Shown here: positions 40,707-49,608 of the stretch, one piece after another | How the letters are laid out: the number at the start of each line of letters is the position of its first letter | Position numbering within the stretch: the stretch's first letter is position 1 | Translations under genes and position numbers: made by a program | Notes under the pieces: model-generated | What the model was told of the DNA's origin: nothing | What the model saw: the letters and a program-made list of their open reading frames with translations, nothing else | Database searches by the model: none | Assembly: GCA_041660205.1 (NCBI GenBank) | Contig: JBAZWT010000003.1 | Span: forward strand, 7,948-71,947 | From: Candidatus Babeliales bacterium | GTDB taxonomy: Bacteria > Babelota > Babeliae > Babelales > Chromulinivoraceae | Length of the DNA stretch: 64,000 nucleotides | Direction of reading: 5' to 3'

Positions 40707-40779
40707 ATCCCTCCCCCTTCGTCCTCGGGCTTGACTCCAGACTTCGCCAAGGCTTCGTCGGACTTGCGCCGGGGATCCA
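40707..40779. repeat. GC-rich intergenic repeat, long member carrying a nested insert of about 31 nt
   Basis: ATCCCTCCCCCTTCGTCCTCGGGCTTGAC[tccagacttcgccaaggcttcgtcggacttgcg]CCGGGGATCCA. The outer parts match the reverse complement of 63331-63370. Confidence 0.65.
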
Positions 40780-40802
40780 GTTTTTATAAATCTAAACAAT
40801 TT

Positions 40803-41975
40803 TTAATCTACCAATCTGCAATAACGATGCATGTACCCAACTTGTTGATTAAACACTCGTTCATATTCATAGCTGCAGGTAAACATGCCACGGTCAGCCT
40901 TGCTCAGCTCTGCCAATTTTTCAGGTGATGCATTCAAAAGATCTTCCATAGATGCAATGTAGACGTTGCATGAATCAATCAACTGCTGAACTCTGTCAGA
41001 TGTCTTTGCAAAGCGAATGTGCATAAATGCTGTTAATTTTTCAACATCACGCGCAAGCTGCTCACATAAATCAGCAATGTCTTTGCGACGGTTTATATCC
41101 AGAACAAAAAGCTCTTCAGTCTTTCCTTGAACTTGAGCTCTATGACGCTTTGCAACAGTCGGAACAACGTACGCTTGCAGAGCCTCAAGCTCACTACCCT
41201 GGCGCATATATTTTTTCTTTACTTCAACAAGCAAGAAGTCAAAATAATTATCATCCTGAAAACCATTTCCTACTGCGTTATAATCCTTCGTCGTTTTCAC
41301 CAAATCTTTTACAAAAGCACGCATGTGCGTTTGAGCATCTTGATTAAAAACTTCTGCAGAAAGAAGCGTTGCATACAAGTCATATTCAACAGCATTAGTT
41401 TTTAAATCACTAAAAATTTGGTTAATTTTGGTGTGCTCAGCAATGTACCACAGGACTGTCTCATCTTGATGCACCTGAGAAAGCTTTTGCTGCATGTAAT
41501 TGGATGCACCGTTGAGCACCATGCCCGATGCAAGCATAGTAGCACTGTTTGCCACAAATTCAGAGCTATCACGCGCAAAACTTTTTACACTACCCGTTAG
41601 CCACCACAAAGGAGTTAAAAAAGACATCTGAACAGGAAGCTTTGGAGTTGGTACAACCTGCATATCAGCTTTATTTACTACCGTAGTTTCAGATTTATAT
41701 TCTGCTCTCTTACGTTCTTTTTCAGATTCTCGAAATTCATACGCTACAATCAATACGATTGCCGCACTCACAGCAACCCCTACAGTAACTGCATATTTGG
41801 TAACCGTACGATTAAAAATATCTTGTTGCTCTTTTTCCAGCATCGCTTGCGCAGGAGCTTGTACTCGTTGCAACTGAAATGATGCTACAGGCACTTGCTG
41901 TGCTGATTGAATGGTAAAAACTGAAAAACAAATAAGAAATGAACATATTTGACGAAATTTTATTTGAAAATGCAT
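40803..41975 (-). CDS. Hypothetical membrane-associated protein
   Basis: Long ORF. The start is uncertain (ATG 41975 gives MHFQIKFRQICSFLICFSVFTIQSAQQ; the ORF extends to 42044). There is an internal TM segment VTVGVAVSAAIVLIVAY. Confidence 0.5.
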   Translation of the reverse strand: MHFQIKFRQICSFLICFSVFTIQSAQQVPVASFQLQRVQAPAQAMLEKEQQDIFNRTVTKYAVTVGVAVSAAIVLIVAYEFRESEKERKRAEYKSETTVVNKADMQVVPTPKLPVQMSFLTPLWWLTGSVKSFARDSSEFVANSATMLASGMVLNGASNYMQQKLSQVHQDETVLWYIAEHTKINQIFSDLKTNAVEYDLYATLLSAEVFNQDAQTHMRAFVKDLVKTTKDYNAVGNGFQDDNYFDFLLVEVKKKYMRQGSELEALQAYVVPTVAKRHRAQVQGKTEELFVLDINRRKDIADLCEQLARDVEKLTAFMHIRFAKTSDRVQQLIDSCNVYIASMEDLLNASPEKLAELSKADRGMFTCSYEYERVFNQQVGYMHRYCRLVD

Positions 41976-42261
41976 ACAAGAAAGTCCTTTGTAAAAAGAA
42001 TTGTTTGGCCTTTCCCAGTGTAGCAACATCTCATTTATTTTCAAACTTGAGCCATTTTACAAAGCTCATCGGAATGAAACACAATTCTTGAACAGCTCTT
42101 GAGGAAGAAGTGCTATGTATTAGGTCTTTTTTTTGGCATACTATATAAGTATTTTATTTTTCCTTTAAGACTTTCTAAATTACAAAAAAATAAATCTCAT
42201 TAAAACCAGTCGTAGTCTTGAAGCAGAGACAAACATACCACATTTTTCATTAGGGACAATT

Positions 42262-42981
42262 ATGAATTCAATAAAACTATGTGCTTATCTAGCAATCTTT
42301 TCAGCTTTTGGCCAAACTTCATGTATGGGTTACGTTAAAGATTATTACCACTGGCAGTTTTCTACAACGTTTGGATTTAAAGAAATCTCTGGAAAACATT
42401 ATCCTAAAACCGTGGATTTTTTAGAAAAACTGCGAACCAAATATCCTAAAGCACTAAATGGTATCAGCATCGTTATTTCTCAATATCCAGGCCCTGTATC
42501 TTCAACGAAAAGCATTGCATTCCCAATTACTTGGATTGATGAATTGGAAAAAGAACTGCTGCAAACTCAGCTCGTTACTGAATGGATTATTTTACACGAA
42601 GCTGGACATATTTATCATAGCCATATCGTTAAATCGTACACTACGCAATGGGCTGCCACAGCTGTTGCATTAGCTTCTTATATCGCAATTTCAAAAAATG
42701 ATCCTGAGTTTTCGACAACAACTATGCAAAAAGTAGGTTTATATTTCGCAAACAACATAACATGCATGATAGGACATTTAATGTATTCTCGATACATTAT
42801 GGAACCACAAGCTGATGATTTTGCAAATGAATTATGTGAAAACCCAGAAGCATTTATAGAAACAGTAAAATGGTTTGAGAAAATCGCTTTCGACGGTATG
42901 ACTCATCCATCATGCGCTTCTCGAATTGCAAAAATGGAACAAACATTACTAGATAAATTTGGTATCGCTACGGTAGCGTAA
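42262..42981 (+). CDS. Exported M48-family-like zinc metallopeptidase
   Basis: HEAGH (ILHEAGHIYHSH), a downstream EPQADDFA and THPSCASRI, which are M48-type motifs. Signal-like N-terminus. Confidence 0.65.
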   Translation: MNSIKLCAYLAIFSAFGQTSCMGYVKDYYHWQFSTTFGFKEISGKHYPKTVDFLEKLRTKYPKALNGISIVISQYPGPVSSTKSIAFPITWIDELEKELLQTQLVTEWIILHEAGHIYHSHIVKSYTTQWAATAVALASYIAISKNDPEFSTTTMQKVGLYFANNITCMIGHLMYSRYIMEPQADDFANELCENPEAFIETVKWFEKIAFDGMTHPSCASRIAKMEQTLLDKFGIATVA

Positions 42982-43004
42982 TCTAAAATAGCTTTTCAAG
43001 CTTA

Positions 43005-43050
43005 AAAAGGGTGGATGTTGGTTTATCATCAACATCCACCCCTTTTTTTT
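43005..43050. terminator. Rho-independent terminator
   Basis: 12-bp stem gggtggatgttg / caacatccaccc followed by a T-run. Confidence 0.8.
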
Positions 43051-43112
43051 CATAATTTCATAAAGGTTTTTTATGTTCAAAAAAATAATATTTTTGAGTG
43101 ACTATACGCTCA

Positions 43113-44282
43113 CTAAACAATCATTTTCAATTTTGCAATAAGTTCTTGAGCGCTGACAAATGTTATAGTTAAGTCTTTATACTTTCTGGTAAAAGACGTA
43201 CTTACATTGTATGCAACTACAAGATTTTCTCCGATAGGATACAATGCACGAAAAGCTTCAAAGTTTTTGCCAAGATTGCCGACCAAAGCATCATCAACAG
43301 AGCTGCTAAATTTACATTCGATAGCTGTAAGAATATTTTCAGCTCTGTTTTTCACAATAAAATCAATTTCTCTGTCTCCTTTATCGCGCCAGTAGTTGAT
43401 AGATTGTTTTTGTAGATGAGCATGCATTTCATTCAAAACACAATGCTCCCACATAAATCCCAAGTCTTCTGCACGTAGTTCACTTCTGCCTTTTGCATAG
43501 TTCACAAATCCAGTATCAAAACCATAAACTTTTGGAGCTTTTACAATTTCTGTTTGCTTGTGCGTTGAATATGGTCTAACAACATGAACTACGAATGTTT
43601 CCTCCAAGACCGCAAGATAATTAGCTATCGTTGGGCGGCTTACTTCGCAAGGTATGGTGAATTTAGTTGCTTCAAACATTCCACCACTGTTTGCAAGAAG
43701 TAACTCAACAAATTTTTGAAAGGAACTTCTTTTGGACACAGAAAAAAAATCTTGAATGTCTTTTGCCCAATAAGCTTCAATCCATTCCTGAAAATCAACA
43801 TCAGGCAACCGTTTTTGCACAAATAAAGAAGGCAGTCCGCCAAACAAAAATCTATGCCTGATATCACAGTTACCAAAAATATCCATTTCGTGCAGCAACA
43901 TTGGAGTTAGCCAAAGTTCTCGTTTTCGACCAGTAAGCGTATCGGTAAATTTTGCACTTGCTCCCAATGTTGAAGAACCAGTTGCAATGATTTTAACATC
44001 AGGATAATGATCTGCTGCTATTTTTAATAATTCAGAAGGATTGTCGAGTCTATGAATTTCATCTAAGGCAACCCTATTGCCACGCTGTCCTTGCAGAAAA
44101 TTTTCAGGGTCGGATAGCATAGACCTTACACTTGGAATCTCGCAATCAAAATAGTTAACATTGTCAATATTGAGGCATAAACTGGTTTTTCCAACCCTTC
44201 TAATTCCCATCAGCCAAATAATACTTTTTTGAGCCCAAGCATCTTCTATCAATTTTTTCCAAAACGGCCTCTGTATCAACAT
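43113..44282 (-). CDS. AAA+ ATPase fused to a DUF4143-type restriction-endonuclease-like (PD-(D/E)xK) domain
   Basis: Walker A GIRRVGKTS and Walker B-like RVALDEIH. The C-terminal REIDFIVKN...LTAIECKFS fits a D...E-x-K nuclease-fold motif. Confidence 0.7.
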   Translation of the reverse strand: MLIQRPFWKKLIEDAWAQKSIIWLMGIRRVGKTSLCLNIDNVNYFDCEIPSVRSMLSDPENFLQGQRGNRVALDEIHRLDNPSELLKIAADHYPDVKIIATGSSTLGASAKFTDTLTGRKRELWLTPMLLHEMDIFGNCDIRHRFLFGGLPSLFVQKRLPDVDFQEWIEAYWAKDIQDFFSVSKRSSFQKFVELLLANSGGMFEATKFTIPCEVSRPTIANYLAVLEETFVVHVVRPYSTHKQTEIVKAPKVYGFDTGFVNYAKGRSELRAEDLGFMWEHCVLNEMHAHLQKQSINYWRDKGDREIDFIVKNRAENILTAIECKFSSSVDDALVGNLGKNFEAFRALYPIGENLVVAYNVSTSFTRKYKDLTITFVSAQELIAKLKMIV

Positions 44283-44308
44283 TTCGACTCCTTAATTGGG
44301 CTAAGCGG

Positions 44309-44381
44309 TTTACTCTATGTGTAAAGTCAATTTTACATATAGAGTATCTAAAAGTAAAGTAGACTTTACACATAGAGTAAA
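44309..44381. repeat. Perfect 20-bp inverted repeat (tttactctatgtgtaaagtc / gactttacacatagagtaaa) with a third direct half-copy between the arms
   Basis: Arms at 44309-44328 and 44362-44381. Extra copy ttttacatatagagta at 44331-44346. It lies 27 nt upstream of the AAA+ ATPase start codon. Confidence 0.8.
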
Positions 44382-44504
44382 AATCCCTAACAACATGGAT
44401 TATTTACTCTTTGAAAGGCTTAGAAAATTGAGAGGCGTGAAGAATGTTTATACTTTAAATTTTATACGTAAAACAGTGCCGCCCTTTGTAAAGTCACAGC
44501 AGCC

Positions 44505-44597
44505 ATGATATCATTAGATGATGTTAAAAACACTTTGCGCAAACAAAAATTAGAACTTTTTCAGCAATATTGTTATTATATTTGCATAACAATCTAA
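44505..44597 (+). pseudogene. Probable truncated N-terminus of an MNT-type nucleotidyltransferase gene
   Basis: The 30-codon ORF MISLDDVKNTLRKQKLELFQQY... resembles the N-terminal helix of MNT antitoxins but ends before the GS-x-G/D-x-D core. Its ATG overlaps (ATGA) the stop of a 37-codon ORF at 44395-44508. Confidence 0.35.
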
Positions 44598-44614
44598 AAA
44601 GAAAGATTATTTAT

Positions 44615-44818
44615 ATGAAAAAATACTCAATTGCATTTTTAATATGCTCTGTTTCTTTTCAGCTTATGAGCTCACAGCCACAAAGACCTGGTACTCCTCC
44701 TGCACAAGTACAAAAATCAGCATTAACACCAGCTCAACTACAAAAATTTTATTCTCCTAAGACATCTCAGCAAGATCGATCAGCGTTGATCACAAAGCAA
44801 AACGAAACTAAAAACTAA
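44615..44818 (+). CDS. Small exported protein
   Basis: Start at ATG 44615 (MKKYSIAFLICSVSFQLMSS). 67 aa, Pro/Gln-rich. Confidence 0.45.
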   Translation: MKKYSIAFLICSVSFQLMSSQPQRPGTPPAQVQKSALTPAQLQKFYSPKTSQQDRSALITKQNETKN

Positions 44819-44855
44819 TAAAGTAAATTTTAACCACATACCAAAAAGGTACACA

Positions 44856-45164
44856 ATGAAACTATTTATTCTTACTGCTACATTATTTTTCGGTGCGCAA
44901 GCATATGCTGGTCAAGTACAACCACATACTCCAACAACTCAAATTAGCGGCGCAGGAGCATTTCCAACAATTACTCCACCAATTCAAGCTATCTTGAATA
45001 TATGTGCAGCTGATGTAACTCCTACTCAAATACAGATTCTTCGCTTGGCATTGACACAACATCCTTCTGATTCAAACGAATATGAAACGATTCTATTTCA
45101 CGCTGTTGAAGCAAACCGAATTGCAAATTATAGAGCAGAAAAAAATCCAGCGAACCGTCCTTAA
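44856..45164 (+). CDS. Small exported protein
   Basis: 102 aa with signal peptide MKLFILTATLFFGAQAYA. Confidence 0.5.
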   Translation: MKLFILTATLFFGAQAYAGQVQPHTPTTQISGAGAFPTITPPIQAILNICAADVTPTQIQILRLALTQHPSDSNEYETILFHAVEANRIANYRAEKNPANRP

Positions 45165-45187
45165 TTTTAAGCTTCAATAAAAATTAA

Positions 45188-45228
45188 TAAAAAAGCCTTT
45201 GCGTTATTTTGACGCAGAGGCTTTTTTA
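45188..45228. terminator. Bidirectional rho-independent terminator
   Basis: Stem gcctttgcgt / acgcagaggc with one mismatch, flanked by an A-run and a T-run, between convergent genes. Confidence 0.7.
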
Positions 45229-45249
45229 TTTTTAAAGTTGTTTTTTAAA

Positions 45250-47822
45250 CTACGTAAGTTTCATATATTTTTTTAAATATTGGCCAGTATAACTTCCCTG
45301 CACTTGGGCCACATATTCAGGCGTTCCTTGAGCAACAATAGTTCCACCCTCAGATCCACCATCTGGACCCATATCGATAATAAAATCAGCAACTTTAAGC
45401 ACATCAAGGTTATGTTCAATAACAATAATTGAATTACCTTTATCGATTAATCGATTAAGGACTGTAAGCAATTTCACAATATCATGCGTATGCAGACCAG
45501 TTGTAGGTTCATCTAAAACGTAGAGCGTATTTTGACCACGCTTTGCAAGTTCATTAACTAATTTTATTCGCTGAGCTTCGCCGCCCGAAAGAGTGGTAGC
45601 GCATTGGCCTAATTTTACATAATCAAGACCAACATCGCACAAAAGCTGCAAGCGTTTGGCTAGTAAGCTATGCGCCTTAAAAAACTCTAAAGCTTCAAGC
45701 GCTGTCATATCAAGCACATCGGCAATATTTTTTCCTTTGTACAAAATCTGCAACGTTTCAGTGCTATAACGTCTTCCGTGGCAAACTTTACAAGTCATGA
45801 CAACGTCAGGTAGAAAATGCATGGAAACGGTTATAATTCCATCACCATGACATTTATAGCAGCGACCTTTGTTGACGTTAAAACTAAACTGTCCGACGTC
45901 GTAGCCGCGAATTTTGCTGTCTGGCAAACTTGCAAAAAGTTCTCGGATTCCATTGAAAATTCCAATGTAGGTTGCAGGATTTGAACGCGATGTTCTTCCG
46001 ATCGGACTTTGATCAATTTGCACCATATGCTCAAGATGCTCAATACCATCAATGCGTTGCTTATCAAAGATTTTCCATTTTAAATAAGAGTCTAATTCTT
46101 TATGCAGCGTTGGAACTAACTCTTCAAAAATAAGTGAACTTTTTCCTGATCCTGACACTCCAGAAACTGCACAAAGCACATGTAACGGAAATGAAACACT
46201 GACATCTTGTAAGTTATTTTTGGTTGCATGTTTTAATGTTAGAAATTTTTCAGTTGTTCGACGTTTAGTCGGAACTTTAATTTCAAGCTTTCCAGAAAGA
46301 TATTTTCCCGTCAGTGATGCTGAATTATTTTCCAATTCTTGCGGAGTTCCTACAGCAGTAACCATACCACCATGCACACCAGCTGCTGGACCCATATCGA
46401 TAACGTAGTCGGCAATGCGAATGGTATCAAGATCATGCTCAACAACGACAACCGTATTTCCCAAATCTTTTAAGGATTTTAATGTCTCAATCAATCGATC
46501 GTTATCACGTTGATGTAGTCCGATGCTTGGCTCATCAAGAATGTACAAGACACCACTTAAAGCACAGCCCACTTGCTTGGCCAAACGAATTCTCTGCCCT
46601 TCTCCACCTGAAAGCGTACGCGCAGTACGATTAAGCGAAAGGTACGACAAGCCAACATTGACCAAAAACTGTAAACGCTGACATGATTCGAGTAAAATAG
46701 TATGAGCAATTTCTGACTCAAATTCTGATAATTTTAAATTTTGCAAAAAAGATACTGCCTGATCAATAGACAGCTCACCAATTTCAAAAATATTTTTTCC
46801 ACCGATAGTTACCGACAATGCTTGTTTTGAAAGACGCTGTCCTTGACATAGATGACACGGTTTAACCTGGCGACCCATGTATAAATAATAGCCTTCATCT
46901 TCTTGCTCATGCTCAACACCAAGACCGTCACATGCACTGCATGCACCGATCGGAGAGTTAAATGAGAAAAAGCGTGGTTCAAGTTCAGGAAAAGCAACTT
47001 GGCAACCTAAGCACATCCGCTTTGATGAATACAGCGTACTCTGTCCATCCACTTGAAGTTTGCACAAACCATCAGCAAAATCGAAACTTTTCTGAACTGC
47101 TTCTTGGATGCGAGACAAACAATCATCATCTTGATCAATGGTAATACTATCAAGAAGAACATCGATTGAATGTTTATAACTTTTTTTCAGACCTAGCTCT
47201 TCGATTTGATCAACATGAGAAATTTTATGCAATTGACCGTCAATGACAAAACGATAAAAACCTTTTGCTAAAAAGTCTGCTAACTCATGCTTAAATTCAC
47301 CTTTGCGTTCTTGAACAACAGGAGCAACGATGGTAACAACTTTTTGCCCGTACGCCTCAAGAGCGTACTGTGCGATTTGACTTGCACTATAAGCTCTAAT
47401 TTCTTTAAAACACTCAGTACAATGCGGGATACCGATGCGAGCATACAAAATGCGCAAATAATCATAGAGCTCAGTAATCGTTCCTACTGTTGAGCGAGGA
47501 TTGTGACCTACTGTTTTTTGTTCTATTGCAATAGCTGACACAAACCATCAATGCGGTCAAAATCTGGTTTTTTTGCAATTCCTAAAAATTGACGGGCATA
47601 GGATGAAAGAGATTCCATGTATCGGCGCTTACCTTCAACAAATAAAACATCGAGAGCAAGCGAGCTTTTACCAGATCCAGAAGGACCTGTAATAACGACT
47701 AAAGAATCTTTAGGAATGGAAACATTAATATTTTTTAAATTGTGCTCACGAGCACCTATAACACGAATTTCACTTTTCAAGACTAGCCCTTCTAAGAATA
47801 TATACTTCATAAAAGCAAGCAT
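45250..47822 (-). pseudogene. uvrA: Excinuclease ABC subunit UvrA, split by a 1-nt frameshift near 47537 (or a sequencing error)
   Basis: The 99-aa ORF ([34 protein letters not shown]...DRIDGL) and the 763-aa ORF ([20 protein letters not shown]...) are contiguous UvrA sequence in different frames. Adding one C to tgtcagct would give GLCPAIAIEQK. The likely true start is TTG 47780 or ATG 47810. Confidence 0.85.
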
Positions 47823-47873
47823 ACCACATGTTACAAAAATATTGTCTCAACTAAAACGATGTAGCTAAACTAG

Positions 47874-48872
47874 CTATCTCCGAGGTAACGACCATGAAGG
47901 AAGAGGCAAAGGGCTACTGAGGTCAGATGTCGTCGAATTTTTCGACAAAACTAAACTTGATGATGCTGAATTTGATGATGAATCTTCTAAATGTAATGGA
48001 TCAACTTGAGGAACGTTCCTCCACGTAAGCTCACAAAACAACAAATCGAGACTTGGTACCTTTACAACGCTTAAATGACCATCTTTACGCGCTCCTTCAA
48101 GAGGTACGTGAATATTTACCATGTTGATATTATCGTAAGAGCTTGATGGTATTTTATCAAATAAATTCAAATCAGAACCAATCCAATCTCTTAAAGTCAT
48201 GATAAAACGTAATTCTGCATGCTTATTATGTCTATCTACCACCAAGACTCCACCTTTTTTTATAAAATCATCTACATGATCAGCTACGAATTTTCCCAAA
48301 GGTGGTTCGTTTAATGACACTAATGAAAAACGGCCATTTTTATTACCTGCAACATCAAAAAATCCATGTATACCATTTTCTCTAAAGGGCCTATTTCTAT
48401 CTAAAAAAGCATTCATTGTTCCATCTAGATTTCTTAATTTATCAAAATCTTTTTGCTCCTCACGCTGTACAAAAACTCTTGCATAATTTATCTCTCCTAC
48501 CAACTTTTCCATTTCAACTTTTGCTTGATATTCTCTTCGATTTTGCTCATCTCTTGCTAAGTGTTCTTGCCTTCTAATAGCTATTATTCGTCTTTTTCTT
48601 TCTGCAACTGCTTGTCGTTTTTGGGCTTCATTCATCATTTCTTGATTAATTTCTTCATCAGCAATTAGGTCAATATGATTTTGTTTTGCCACTGCACCAC
48701 CTTGATTTGCTTTTTTAGCAAAATCACGTTCCATTTTTTCAACAATAGCATCTCCAACAGGATCTACAGTATTTGGACTATAATATCGCTGGGTGGATGA
48801 AGCTCGCAAACAAATAGTTGTCACAGCCAACAAAGCAACAAAGTTTATATACCTACATGTATCAATTTTCAC
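47874..48872 (-). CDS. Exported hypothetical protein with a coiled-coil N-terminal half
   Basis: GTG start 5 nt after GGAGG. Signal-like N-terminus. No family recognised. Confidence 0.5.
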   Translation of the reverse strand: MKIDTCRYINFVALLAVTTICLRASSTQRYYSPNTVDPVGDAIVEKMERDFAKKANQGGAVAKQNHIDLIADEEINQEMMNEAQKRQAVAERKRRIIAIRRQEHLARDEQNRREYQAKVEMEKLVGEINYARVFVQREEQKDFDKLRNLDGTMNAFLDRNRPFRENGIHGFFDVAGNKNGRFSLVSLNEPPLGKFVADHVDDFIKKGGVLVVDRHNKHAELRFIMTLRDWIGSDLNLFDKIPSSSYDNINMVNIHVPLEGARKDGHLSVVKVPSLDLLFCELTWRNVPQVDPLHLEDSSSNSASSSLVLSKNSTTSDLSSPLPLPSWSLPRR

Positions 48873-49264
48873 AAAAACCTCCTAAAAACAATGATTTAAA
48901 AACCATTTCACCCTAAAGTAATTTATTAATTCTTATGAGCAAACGTTAGCAAATATTCAAGCTAAATATCTAGAGAATCTAAAAATATTAAAAACACCCG
49001 TAAAATTTTAATAAAATCTTACAGCCAAGCTTGATAGAACTCCTAATGCAACCCCACGTTTCATCTACAACAAAGATATCAAAAAAATCGCCTACTAGCA
49101 ACGCTTTTTAGCCCAAAGCAAGCGCCCAGAAAAAATAAACCGCTCATTGTAAAATCCATGTAAAATCCATTTTACAGATAAAAAATAAGCACTCTAGAAC
49201 GATCTTTTTATAAAAGCTCGCTAGATTTTTTCGCAAATATGCGTATACTTCTTACTGTTATTGT

Positions 49265-49341
<77 letters not shown>

Positions 49342-49443
49342 AAAATTCAAAAATCTTTGATAAGTCATTAAAAAATCAACCTAAGACAATGTCAAAGTTG
49401 TCAATAGGAAACACAAAATCGCATCTACAGCGATTTTGCATGT

Positions 49444-49519
49444 CGGGGCGTAGCGCAATTGGTAGCGCACTCGCTTTGGGAGCGAGGGGTTGTGAGTTCA
49501 AGTCTCGCCGCCCCGACCA
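49444..49519 (+). tRNA. tRNA-Pro (anticodon UGG), copy 1, CCA encoded
   Basis: Hand-folded. Acceptor CGGGGCG/CGCCCCG, anticodon stem CTCGC/GCGAG with loop TTTGGGA, T arm GTGAG-TTCAAGT-CTCGC. 76 nt. Confidence 0.9.
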
Positions 49520-49608
49520 CTTGTTTCAGCATGAAGCAAGTGGTCGGTAAACCGATTTTTCAAAATGATTCAAATGGTCGGAAGCACTTATACTCTAAGA
49601 GATAACAA

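Noticed and set aside
47523-47822. 99-aa ORF as an independent small ABC-ATPase gene
   Set aside because: Its sequence is the colinear N-terminus of UvrA and joins the next ORF after a 1-nt correction. I annotated it as part of a frameshifted uvrA.
49148-49175. Tandem 11-bp direct repeat tgtaaaatcca x2 followed by ttttaca, upstream of the tRNA-His/Pro cluster
   Set aside because: It is too short and AT-rich to distinguish from chance. There is no second occurrence in the window to support a binding-site interpretation.
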